From the NCBI GenBank assembly GCA_963703195.1, contig OY969797.1:2127569-2191568 (forward strand): DNA of 64,000 bases, in the 5' to 3' direction. The DNA is from an uncultured Alphaproteobacteria bacterium (GTDB lineage Bacteria > Pseudomonadota > Alphaproteobacteria > Rhodobacterales > Rhodobacteraceae). The position numbers and the translations under genes were made by a program. This document shows positions 50,307-59,634 of this stretch, piece by piece; position 1 is the stretch's first letter; every line of letters starts with the position of its first letter. The notes below the pieces were generated by a model. It saw nothing but the letters and a program-made list of their open reading frames with translations. It ran no database searches and had not been told where the DNA came from.

Positions 50307-51718
50307 GTATGGAAATCGATCTTGACGATGTACAAGGCAACATCCTGCGCGGCTACCGCCGCCACTTGGTGCGCCACCTGATCCTCGAAGTCACCGACCG
50401 CAAAGCCGCCCGCGCGTTCCTGGCCACCGCTGCGGACGGCGGTAGCCCGGAGGTCCCCGGCATCACACCTGCGACCGACTGGGAAGACAGCAAGCCGCGC
50501 GATTGCTTCAACATCGGGATCACCTTCGAAGGGCTGCGCGCGCTCGGCCTGCCCTCGGGCCAGCTTGCCAGCTTTCCGACGGAATTCCGCGACGGGATGA
50601 CCAACCGCGCCATGAAGCTGGGCGATTTCGGGAGCAGTGCGCCCGCCCATTGGCCCTCCCCCTTCGACACTCCCGAAAGGGTGCATGTCATCGCCTCCCT
50701 GCATGGCGACAAAGAGGAACACCTCGATGAGGTCGAGGCGCAGGTGGTGCGCGGCTTTTCTGTCATCGGCACTCGCGACGGGCGCGGCCTGGGCGACCAC
50801 CGGGTATTTTTCAACTACGTCGACAACATCTCGCAGCCGCGCTTCCACGGCATCAGCGACCCGATCAACAAGGGCGTGGATGAGCCTTTCGACCCGTTCG
50901 GTACCATCCTGCTGGGCTATCCCACCAGCATGGAGAACCTGCGCTTTCGTGTGCCCTCGCCGGATGCCCTGGGCAAGAACGGCACATTCAATGCGTTCCG
51001 CATCCTCGCGCAGGATGTCGAGGGGTTCGAGATCTACCTCAGCGAGGCGGCTGACGTGCTGATGGCCCATCCCGATGGCGACAAACTGCTGCCCGACGGG
51101 GACGAGGGGCGCATCGGCAAGGGGCTCGACCGGCACGGCGCACTGCGCGAGATCGTTGCGGCGCAGATGTGCGGCCGCTGGCGCGCCAGCGGCAATCCCT
51201 ACGAAAGCTCGCCCGATACCCCCTTTCCGGATCGGAAAATATCGCGGACAAACTTCGACTACGGACCGCAGGCGCGCTGCCCCGCGGGCGCGCATATGCG
51301 GCGCGGCAATCCGCGCGGCGGCCATATCGTTCAGCGCATCGCCAACTACAGCCGCAGGCTGGTGCGGCGCGGCATGTCATATGGCCCCGATTTCGACGTG
51401 GCCAGCTTTGACCCCACGCATCGCGACGGCGCGGAGCGCGGCCTGCTGGGCAATTTCATCGGTGCCAATCTGGGCGCGCAGTTCGAGGCGGTGATGTGCG
51501 ACTGGCTGAACCTCGGGCTGCAGGATCCCAACATCACCGGGTCCAACGATCCGCTGCTTGGCGCCAATGAGCCGGAGACGAGCTGGTTCGATCTTGCGCT
51601 GAAGGACGGCGGCAGCATCAGGTTGCGCGGCTTTCCGCGATTTGTGAATACGCGCGGCGGGGCCTATACCTTCCTGCCGAGCCTGACGGCGATCCGCTAC
51701 CTTTCCAAGCTGCGCTAG
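50303..51718 (+). CDS. Dyp-type peroxidase (long form) with atypical motifs
   Basis: DVQGNIL, D.ISQP, NGTF.AFR.L.QDV, CP.GAHMRR.NPR, RRG.SYGP, QFE, GGAY.FLPS. Confidence 0.9.
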   Translation: MSMEIDLDDVQGNILRGYRRHLVRHLILEVTDRKAARAFLATAADGGSPEVPGITPATDWEDSKPRDCFNIGITFEGLRALGLPSGQLASFPTEFRDGMTNRAMKLGDFGSSAPAHWPSPFDTPERVHVIASLHGDKEEHLDEVEAQVVRGFSVIGTRDGRGLGDHRVFFNYVDNISQPRFHGISDPINKGVDEPFDPFGTILLGYPTSMENLRFRVPSPDALGKNGTFNAFRILAQDVEGFEIYLSEAADVLMAHPDGDKLLPDGDEGRIGKGLDRHGALREIVAAQMCGRWRASGNPYESSPDTPFPDRKISRTNFDYGPQARCPAGAHMRRGNPRGGHIVQRIANYSRRLVRRGMSYGPDFDVASFDPTHRDGAERGLLGNFIGANLGAQFEAVMCDWLNLGLQDPNITGSNDPLLGANEPETSWFDLALKDGGSIRLRGFPRFVNTRGGAYTFLPSLTAIRYLSKLR

Positions 51719-54700
51719 GCGTCGAGCTTGGCCAGCGCCTCCTCGATCCGGGTGAGCATGGGCGAGGGGCCGGTCGGCGCCACGATGCGCCGCGCTTCGG
51801 TCAGATGCTGCCGCGCCTGCGCTGTCTTCTTCTTGATCTGAAAGAGCAGGCCAAGGATCATTTCCATCCGCGCAACGTAGTGCCCGTCGGGGTCGTAGTC
51901 CGAATTGGCGCGCACGTAATCCAACGTCTCGATGATCCGCTTGGGACCGAACAGGATGATGCTTCCCAGCGCACGGATGTTGCGCAGCAGCACACCCGCA
52001 GAGGCGCCGCCATTGCCGGCGAGGATCTCCAGATAGATCTCGCAGAGGAACAGCCGGTACCAGTTGGCGGCGATGTTGTAGCCTTCGGCTTCGCGGCGCG
52101 CGATCGCCTTCTCGATATGATCGAGCCCCTTGGTGATCTGGCCCTCAAGAACCAGGGCCACGCCCAGCATGGTGTCGGGCCCGGCCAGGAACAGTGTCAG
52201 CCCCCGCTCCGCGCAGCGCGCGACGTACCGCTCCACCTGTGCCACGGCATCGGGATGGCCCAGCGGCACCAGGGCGGAGTGTTTGGATGCATCCGCGATG
52301 GCACTCTCGAACGCCGCACGCGACACCGCGAGGGCCTGCTCGGACTTCTCGAGCGCCTTTTCATAGTCGTTGCTCACCATGGCGATCAGCGCCTTCATCG
52401 CCGTGCCGTAGCCCAGCGCGCGCGGATCGTTCATCGCGTTGCCCTCTTCGATGAGCGCATCGGCCGCGGCATGGGCGCCCAGCACGCGGCCGCGTCCCAC
52501 CTCGTTCCAGCCAATATGTGCCATGAAAAAGTTCTTTAGATAGGCGTCATCTAGCCCTTCCATCAAGGTTCCCGCGCGGTGGCGCAGATCCTCGAACGAC
52601 TCGTTTGTGAGCCGCCCGTTGTAGCATGAAACCGACATTTGCGTGACTAGCGCATAGGCGGTCACATCATCGTCGCCCAACCGCTCGGCCATCGCGGCAA
52701 GATCGCCACTCACCTCCTGCGCGTCGCGGTAGCGGCCGTTCCAGATCAGGCAGGATGTATAGTGGTGCAGGAAGTGCGCGTGATTTCGGCTGTCGCCGAA
52801 ACGCTCCAGAATGAGCCGCACCCGCACGGCAAGCTCGGTCAGTGTCTTGACCTCGAGCGACAGGCTGCAGCTGAGTGCGTAATCCGCCAACATCGCGGCG
52901 AATTTTTCGTCCTCCGCGCAGGAAGGGTCGGCCTCGTAGAGCGACAGCGCGGTGGCGAAGTAGCGGTTGGCCTCGTCCAGCGAGAAGATCCCCAGACCCC
53001 GCGCACCGGCGAGCGCCGCATAGGTGAAGGCGAGACCCGACCGCTCCGTCAGGCCATAGTGATAGGCCAGACTGCCCGCGACTTCGCTGAGCCGGTCCGC
53101 ACTGCGCGCGGCGATCGCATCCCCGATGGCAAGGTGCAGCGCCGCGCGCTGGTCCGCCAGTAGGCCGAGATAGACGGAATCGCGCAACAGCACATGCTTG
53201 AAGATGTAGTCGGTCGAATTTTCCTCGCGATGGATCACGTCGTGCTGCTCCAGCCTGAGCAGAACCGCGTCGATATCGGGAAGCTCAGGCAGCACCATCG
53301 ACAGCACCCAGGGCGCAAAACGGCGGCCCATCGCCGCGGCGGCCTGCAGCACGGTGCGGTCGCGCTTGTCGAACCGGTCCATACGCGCCGTGAAGAGGCT
53401 CTGCATGCTCGCCGGAAGTCCGGTCGCACCCAGCTCCGCATCGAAAGACACGACACCTTCCTCGACCTTGAGGGCGCCAAGGTGCAGCAGAAAGCTCAGG
53501 ATCTCCTCACCAAAAAGTGGATTGCCCCCTGCCCGCTCCGTCACCTGCGCCACCAAAGCGTCGGGAAGGCTCTGCGCGCCGAGCCGGGTCTGCACCAGGT
53601 CGCGGATGTCCTGCGCGCTCAGCGGCTCAAGCGCCAGCGTGGTGACGCAGTCCGTATCCACCCAGGGCGGTACGTACTCCGGCCTGCGGGTCTGGATGAT
53701 CATCAGGTTGGGCTGGGTGCCGTCGCCCACCAGCCGTTCCAGAAATGCCTCCGACGCGCTGTCGAGCCAGTGGATGTCCTCCAGCCGCAACACGACCATG
53801 CCCGTCTCGCAGACCGCGTGCAGCATGGCGGGCAACAGATCGCGCGTGCGCAGACCGATCAGAACCCCGTCGAGCCCGTCGAGCGCGCCATCCGGCGGGT
53901 CGATCCCGAGAAGGTTGAGCATCAGGCCGAGGTTTTCCTGAGAGTGCATGCCCGCATTGCGCAGGCCCTTGTCGAGCTTGCGCGCGACTTCGGCGGCGGG
54001 ATCCTCCTCGAGGATCCGGAACGCGCCGCGCACGACCTCCAGGAAGGGGTAGAAGGGCACCTGCTGGCCATCGATGGCGCATTGGCCGACAAGCTCGGTC
54101 AGACCCTCGCCACGTGCCCTTTGCATGAATTCGAACACCAATCGCGTCTTGCCGAGCCCCGGTTCCGCCACCAGATCCAGCACCCGCGTGCGGTTCTGAG
54201 CCTCCGCGAGGGCGGCATCCATCGTCGCTTGCTCCTGCGCGCGCCCGATGTAGGCACTCAACCCACGGGCGAGCGAGGCGTCAAAGCGCGTGGCGGCAGT
54301 GTGGACCTTCTCCAAAAGCCACAGCTTCTGGGGCTTTGCCAGGCCCCTGAGCTTGTGCGTCCCATCGAGCCGGACCGCGCACAGGCCATCGACGAGGCGG
54401 CGGGTCTCATCACACAGCAGCGTGCCGCGCTCCGGCGCCAGCGCCTGAATGCGCGAGGCCAGATTGACGGTGTGGCCGACCGCCGTCAGCTCCGACCCTG
54501 CGCCTTGCACGGAGGCCATCACCGACAGGCCCGAGCTGACACCCACGCGCATCTGCGGCTGCACGCCGAACCGCTTGGCGATCTCGTCTTCCTCCTCGGC
54601 GAAACTGGCATGGATCGCCTCCGCCGCGCGGCAGGCGCGCAGCGCGCAATCCTCCTGCGCGTCCGGAATGCCGAACACGGCCATGATGCTGTCCCCGGCA

Positions 54701-54915
54701 AAACTGCGCACGATGCCGCCATGGGCAAGCACAGCCTTGGTGAGTCGCTCGTAGATCATCTGGGTGAAGTCGAGGGCGCGGTCCTCGCCCAGCTCTTCGA
54801 CAATCGCGGTATAGCCAACCATATCGGTAAACAGGATGGTTACCTGCCGCCGCTCGCCACGCGCCGCTTGGGCGCTTGCATCGATGGTTACTTCTTCACT
54901 CATGATGTATGTCAC
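51715..54915 (-). CDS. Class III cyclase - STAND (AAA_16-like) ATPase - TPR-like protein
   Basis: ILFTDMVGYT, AGDS, VG.TVNLASR; Walker A AEPGLGKTRL, Walker B LEDIHWLD, GGNPLF, FKH.L.RD; helical C-terminus. Confidence 0.92.
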   Translation of the reverse strand: MTYIMSEEVTIDASAQAARGERRQVTILFTDMVGYTAIVEELGEDRALDFTQMIYERLTKAVLAHGGIVRSFAGDSIMAVFGIPDAQEDCALRACRAAEAIHASFAEEEDEIAKRFGVQPQMRVGVSSGLSVMASVQGAGSELTAVGHTVNLASRIQALAPERGTLLCDETRRLVDGLCAVRLDGTHKLRGLAKPQKLWLLEKVHTAATRFDASLARGLSAYIGRAQEQATMDAALAEAQNRTRVLDLVAEPGLGKTRLVFEFMQRARGEGLTELVGQCAIDGQQVPFYPFLEVVRGAFRILEEDPAAEVARKLDKGLRNAGMHSQENLGLMLNLLGIDPPDGALDGLDGVLIGLRTRDLLPAMLHAVCETGMVVLRLEDIHWLDSASEAFLERLVGDGTQPNLMIIQTRRPEYVPPWVDTDCVTTLALEPLSAQDIRDLVQTRLGAQSLPDALVAQVTERAGGNPLFGEEILSFLLHLGALKVEEGVVSFDAELGATGLPASMQSLFTARMDRFDKRDRTVLQAAAAMGRRFAPWVLSMVLPELPDIDAVLLRLEQHDVIHREENSTDYIFKHVLLRDSVYLGLLADQRAALHLAIGDAIAARSADRLSEVAGSLAYHYGLTERSGLAFTYAALAGARGLGIFSLDEANRYFATALSLYEADPSCAEDEKFAAMLADYALSCSLSLEVKTLTELAVRVRLILERFGDSRNHAHFLHHYTSCLIWNGRYRDAQEVSGDLAAMAERLGDDDVTAYALVTQMSVSCYNGRLTNESFEDLRHRAGTLMEGLDDAYLKNFFMAHIGWNEVGRGRVLGAHAAADALIEEGNAMNDPRALGYGTAMKALIAMVSNDYEKALEKSEQALAVSRAAFESAIADASKHSALVPLGHPDAVAQVERYVARCAERGLTLFLAGPDTMLGVALVLEGQITKGLDHIEKAIARREAEGYNIAANWYRLFLCEIYLEILAGNGGASAGVLLRNIRALGSIILFGPKRIIETLDYVRANSDYDPDGHYVARMEMILGLLFQIKKKTAQARQHLTEARRIVAPTGPSPMLTRIEEALAKLDA

Positions 54916-55001
54916 AATACGCGACCGGACGGCACTGCGCTAGCCTGTCGGGCGCAATTAACCCCCTCGACGGGCCCTCGACGGTACGTTTCTAGCTGCG
55001 G

Positions 55002-58000
55002 TTGTTTCGAGCAAAACCAAACGCTAAGCGCTTTGCGAACCCGCGCAGGCGCGCTAGGCTCGGGGCGAACGCCACCGCGCCAATCCGGATCGGACCCGTC
55101 ATCGACAGCTCTCTCTTTTCCTTCATCTGGACCCATTCCAGACGCGACCAGATCTATCTCCTGCTGGTGACGCTGGCGCTGTTTCCGCTGCTCTATCTGA
55201 CGCTCGAATTGCCCAAGCGGATCATCAACGATGCGATCGGCGCGCCGCAGGGCATGGTCGAGGTCTGGGGCCGCGAGATCGCACAGCTGCCATTCCTGAT
55301 GCTGCTTTGCGGGGTGTTCCTGCTCGCTGTTCTGGTGCACGGGCTGATGAAGATGTACATCAACACGCGCAAGGGCATCCTGTCGGAACGGCTGCTGCGC
55401 CGCCTGCGCTATATCATGATCGCGCGGATGCTGCGCTTTCCCGCCCCCTATTTCGAGCGGGTGAGCCAGGGTGAGCTGGTGAGCATGGTCACCTCCGAGG
55501 CCGAGCCGATGGGCGGGCTCATGGGGGATGCGGTGGCCCAGCCGGTGCTGCAGGCGGGCCAGATGCTCACGATCCTCGCGTTTCTCTTCTTGCAGAGCTT
55601 TGCCTTCGGGCTCGCGGCCTGCGCGCTGATCCCGCTGCAGGCGTGGCTTATTCCGCGGCTGCAGCGCCAGATCAACCAGCTCAACAAGGCGCGGGTCATC
55701 GAGGTGCGCGCGCTCGCCGCGGAAATCGGAGAGAGTGCGGCAGGCGCCTCCACCCTGCGCATCAACGGCGGTGCGCGCTTTCGTCTCGCGCTCATTTCCC
55801 GGCGGCTGGGTCGGCTCACGCGGGTGCGCTTCGAGATCTATCAAAAGAAGTTTTTGATGAAGTTCGTCAACAACTTCATCGGCCAGCTCACGCCGTTCTT
55901 CTTCTATGCCGTGGGTGGTACGCTGGCCATCCGCGGCGAGATCACCGTGGGCGCGCTGGTGGCGGCACTTGCGGCCTACAAGGATCTGTCGAGCCCCTGG
56001 AAGGAACTGCTGGCCTATTACAACCAGACGCAGGACATGGCGACGCGCTGGGACACCCTGCGCGAGCGTTTTGCACCGCAGGGCATGCTGGACGCCGGGC
56101 TGTTCGAAGGCGCGCCGGAGGAGATCCCGCGTCTCAAGGGCGACATCGTACTGCGCCACGTGAGCGTCACCGATGCCGACGGCACACCGGTATTACAGGA
56201 CCTCGACGTAACCCTGCCCGAAGGCAGCACCATCGGCATCACCGCGCCAGACGACGAAGAACGCCACGCCCTCGCCGCCGTGCTGACGCGGGAGCTTTTG
56301 CCCGCGGCTGGCAGCGTGCACATCGGTGCGCAACCTCTCGCGGAGCTGCACCAGTCTGTCCTCGCCCGCCGTATCGGGTATGCCACCTCACGCCCTGTCC
56401 TGTTCGAGGGCCCGCTCGGCGAGAACATCAACATGGCGCTGCGCACCGGCCCGCAGGCCCCCGCCGCCGACCCTACGCTGCCCGAAGAGAGCACGCTCAC
56501 CGGGAACAGCCCCGATCCCGCCGATGTGCCCTGGCTCGACCTGAGCGCCGCGGAGGTTGCCGACACGGAGGCGCTGGAGCGGTGGTGGTTGACCCTGCTC
56601 AACGCGATGAAACTCGACCTGCCGCTGTTCCTGCGCGCGTTGGAGCAGCCGCTGGAGCCTGATCTGCATCCGCAGCTGTCCAAGGCGCTCGTGGCGCTGC
56701 GCCCCGAGATAGGACAGACCGTGCGAGAGGCGGGGCTGGCCCAGAACGTGAGCTTTTTCGACATGGCGCACTACAACCCGTCCCTGCCGGTGGCCGAGAA
56801 CCTGATTTTCGCGACCCCGCTGGTGCCGGTCACGGCGCAGGTGCTGATCGACACACCCGATTTCATGGCCCTGCTGGAGCGCCTGTCGCTCGATGCCGAT
56901 CTGCTGGACCTTGCCGCCCAGATGCTGGGACTGCTACGGCAGATCTTCGGTGTGGACGGCACCGACCATCCGCTGTTTCAAAAACTGGGGCTGGAGGCGG
57001 AAGCATTCGATGCCGCCCTCGAGGTTCTGCCGCTGCACCAGCGCGGCGCGGCCCTCACGCTGGCCCAGAAGGCGCAGATGCTCGCCGTGCCCTTCGTTAT
57101 CCCGGCGGAGAAGATCGGTCGCGCCTTCCCGCAGGAGGTGATCGCGCGCGTGCTGGAGATGCGCAAAAATCATGCAGACGCCCTGCAACGCAGCTCCCGT
57201 GAGATCTTCGCGCCGCTCGATTTCGAGGCGCCGGTGAAGGGTCTTTCCGTTCTGGAAAACACACTCTTCGGCAAACTCTGCGACGGGGCGGACAGCAATG
57301 CGGTCCTCACCCTGGTGGGTCAGGAGCTAAGCGCGCGTGGCTTGGCCCCTGCAGTCCTGAACCAGCTTTTCGATCTGCCGCTGGGGCTGGGCGGGCGCAA
57401 TCTGCCGCGGATGCTGGCAGAACCGCTCGCCGTGGGCCGCGCCGCCATCAAGCGCCCCGATATCATGCTGCTCGAAAGCCCGTTGGAGAGCTTCGAGGAG
57501 CCGATCAGGGACGGTCTGCCCGGCGCCCTGCGCGAGCTTTTGCCCCATAGCACCATCATTTGCCTTGCGCGTGCGTTCGACGCAGATGCCGTCTTCGATC
57601 ACCGCTTCGAGATCCGGCAGGGGCGCCTTTCCACCGTGACGGCCGATCTGGCCGCCCCGCTCGATCAGAGCGTGAGCGCCGATCTGGCACGCAAGCTGCG
57701 CGCGCTGGAACAGGCGGAGCTCTTCGCCGGGCTTGCGCGCAAGCAGCTGCGTCTGCTGGCCTTCGGTGCGCGGTGGTACGAGGCAAAAGCGGGCGATTAT
57801 GTCTTCCGGCAGGGTGACGATCCCTCCAGCGGCGCATTTCTGGTGATCGAGGGCGAGGCGGATCTCGTCGATCCGTCCAAGGACGCAATCATCGGGACGG
57901 TGACCGCAGGCGCGCTCGTGGGGGAGCTGGGGCTGATCCGCAAGGTGCCACGCGCCCTCGACATGCGCGCAAAGAGCGATCTGAACTGCCTGCGGATCGG

Positions 58001-58082
58001 GGAGGAGGAGTTCATGGACGTCGTCCGGCACGACGCCGCCACCGCCTACAAGCTGCTACAGGTCGTTGCAGGCTACGTCTGA
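55002..58082 (+). CDS. ABC transmembrane domain + degenerate split NBD + cNMP-binding domain fusion (start uncertain)
   Basis: Exporter-type TMD (LELPKRIIN, G.ITVGALVA); Walker A and LSGGQ eroded; C-terminal VFRQGD...GELGLIRKVPR. Confidence 0.85.
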   Translation: MFRAKPNAKRFANPRRRARLGANATAPIRIGPVIDSSLFSFIWTHSRRDQIYLLLVTLALFPLLYLTLELPKRIINDAIGAPQGMVEVWGREIAQLPFLMLLCGVFLLAVLVHGLMKMYINTRKGILSERLLRRLRYIMIARMLRFPAPYFERVSQGELVSMVTSEAEPMGGLMGDAVAQPVLQAGQMLTILAFLFLQSFAFGLAACALIPLQAWLIPRLQRQINQLNKARVIEVRALAAEIGESAAGASTLRINGGARFRLALISRRLGRLTRVRFEIYQKKFLMKFVNNFIGQLTPFFFYAVGGTLAIRGEITVGALVAALAAYKDLSSPWKELLAYYNQTQDMATRWDTLRERFAPQGMLDAGLFEGAPEEIPRLKGDIVLRHVSVTDADGTPVLQDLDVTLPEGSTIGITAPDDEERHALAAVLTRELLPAAGSVHIGAQPLAELHQSVLARRIGYATSRPVLFEGPLGENINMALRTGPQAPAADPTLPEESTLTGNSPDPADVPWLDLSAAEVADTEALERWWLTLLNAMKLDLPLFLRALEQPLEPDLHPQLSKALVALRPEIGQTVREAGLAQNVSFFDMAHYNPSLPVAENLIFATPLVPVTAQVLIDTPDFMALLERLSLDADLLDLAAQMLGLLRQIFGVDGTDHPLFQKLGLEAEAFDAALEVLPLHQRGAALTLAQKAQMLAVPFVIPAEKIGRAFPQEVIARVLEMRKNHADALQRSSREIFAPLDFEAPVKGLSVLENTLFGKLCDGADSNAVLTLVGQELSARGLAPAVLNQLFDLPLGLGGRNLPRMLAEPLAVGRAAIKRPDIMLLESPLESFEEPIRDGLPGALRELLPHSTIICLARAFDADAVFDHRFEIRQGRLSTVTADLAAPLDQSVSADLARKLRALEQAELFAGLARKQLRLLAFGARWYEAKAGDYVFRQGDDPSSGAFLVIEGEADLVDPSKDAIIGTVTAGALVGELGLIRKVPRALDMRAKSDLNCLRIGEEEFMDVVRHDAATAYKLLQVVAGYV

Positions 58083-58085
58083 CGC

Positions 58086-58931
58086 CTACCCCGCGCCGAG
58101 CCGGGACAGCAGCCAGTCCCCGAAGGCCGCCGCACCCGGATTGGCGGGTTTGACGCGCAAGTAATAACCCTCTGTCCCCTCCGGCGCGTGGGGATGGGCC
58201 TGCACCAGCCGCCCCTGCGCCAGCGCCTGCATCACGAGGATCTCGCTCACCAGCGCGATCCCGTTGCCTTCTTCAACGAGGTTGAGTGCCGCGCCGAACG
58301 TATCGACGAAGATCTGCGGCGCACGGGACGGGCCGAGTGGCGCCTGCCAGGAGGCCCAGCCATCCGATGTGCCGACCGCCTCGATCAACGGATGATCCGC
58401 CCAACTCCCCTCCAGCGCAGGGGCCTTCACCGCGATCAGGCGGTTGGGCGCGAGCAGCACGGCATCCTTGCCGAACTGGCGGTGCGAGCCGAAGGGGATC
58501 TCCACGTCCGCGCGCAAACTATGAAAGTCATCGGGCCAGATCGTCCCGACGAACCGCAGGCCGAGCGTCGGATGCGCGGCGATAAAGTCCGGCAAATGCG
58601 GCGCGATCAGCCATTGCGTCACGCTCACCGAGGCGGCGATGGTCAAGAGCTCGCCTTGGGTCCCGGTTTCGAAGCTGCGCGCGGCGTTGGTCAGCGTCTC
58701 GAGCGCCGCTGCGACCTGCGGCAGCAGCTTGCGTCCCGCATCCGTGAGCGCGAGACCCCGCGGCAATCGGGTAAAGAGCGGCGCGCCCAGCGCGCCCTCC
58801 AGCGCCTTCACATGCTGGCTGACCGCCGATTGCGTCATGCCGATCTCGCCCGCCGCCGCGGTGAAGCTCAAGCGCCGCGCCGCCGCCTCGAAGGCGCGAA
58901 ACCACGCGAGCGGCGGAAGGGTCTTTGCCAT
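58086..58931 (-). CDS. LysR-family regulator (GcvA-like)
   Basis: LPPLAWFRAFEAAARRLSFT.AA.E..MTQSAVSQHVK.LE. Confidence 0.92.
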   Translation of the reverse strand: MAKTLPPLAWFRAFEAAARRLSFTAAAGEIGMTQSAVSQHVKALEGALGAPLFTRLPRGLALTDAGRKLLPQVAAALETLTNAARSFETGTQGELLTIAASVSVTQWLIAPHLPDFIAAHPTLGLRFVGTIWPDDFHSLRADVEIPFGSHRQFGKDAVLLAPNRLIAVKAPALEGSWADHPLIEAVGTSDGWASWQAPLGPSRAPQIFVDTFGAALNLVEEGNGIALVSEILVMQALAQGRLVQAHPHAPEGTEGYYLRVKPANPGAAAFGDWLLSRLGAG

Positions 58932-58944
58932 GGTCAAGCGATCC

Positions 58945-58959
58945 ATTAGTCAGGCTAAT
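58945..58959. promoter_or_regulatory. GcvA-type LysR operator
   Basis: ATTAG-N5-CTAAT inverted repeat (T-N11-A) between divergent genes. Confidence 0.6.
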
Positions 58960-59034
58960 AGCTAAGCCCATAAATCATTCGTTTGTCAATTTCCGCGCCC
59001 CGCCTCAACGTTGCCGCACAGCGAGAGAGGCAGC

Positions 59035-59634
59035 ATGGTACCAGAGATCCGAAAAATCGTGACCTATGAGGAAGAGATCCTCATCGAGGGGTTCCGCAAG
59101 GCTGCGACCCCGTGGCGCCTCTTTGCCGTGGCCGCCGTCCTGCGCAACCCCTGGGCAGGCCGGTACGTCGAGGACCTGAAGCCCGAGATCATGGCCTTCG
59201 GCCCCGTACTGGGTGAGATGATGACCGCGCGGATGATCGCGCTTGCGGGCTCGGGTGATGCGGTCGAAGCCTACGGCAAGGCGGCGGTGGTCGGGCTCGA
59301 CGGTGAGATCGAGCATGCCTCCGGCCTCATTCACACGCTGCGTTTCGGCAACCATTACCGCGAAGCGGTGGGCGCCAAATCCTATCTGGCCTTCACCAAT
59401 ACGCGCGGCGGGGCGAATGCGCCGATCATGGTACCCCTGATGGACAAGAACGACGCGGGCCGCCGCTCACATTACCTCACGATCCAGTTCGCGATCCCCG
59501 ATGCGCCGCGCAATGATGAGGTTGTTGTCGTGCTCGGTGCCGCGACCGGCGGGCGCCCGCATCACCGTATCGGCGACCGTTACCAAGATCTCAAGGATCT
59601 GGGTCATGATCTGGACAACCCGGCCGCGGTCTGA
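59035..59634 (+). CDS. Amino acid synthesis family protein (DUF1185)
   Basis: NPWAGRYVEDL, YGKAAVVG.DGE.EH, RSHY, DAPR.DE, GGRP..RIG. Confidence 0.88.
   Translation: MVPEIRKIVTYEEEILIEGFRKAATPWRLFAVAAVLRNPWAGRYVEDLKPEIMAFGPVLGEMMTARMIALAGSGDAVEAYGKAAVVGLDGEIEHASGLIHTLRFGNHYREAVGAKSYLAFTNTRGGANAPIMVPLMDKNDAGRRSHYLTIQFAIPDAPRNDEVVVVLGAATGGRPHHRIGDRYQDLKDLGHDLDNPAAV

Noticed and set aside
54957-54964. Second CtrA site between the cyclase and ABC-cNMP genes
   Set aside because: Only a TTAACC half-site; not distinguishable from chance
51715-58082. Canonical Pycsar, CBASS or Avs defence system
   Set aside because: Domain architecture and divergent layout do not match those systems; only the logic is analogous
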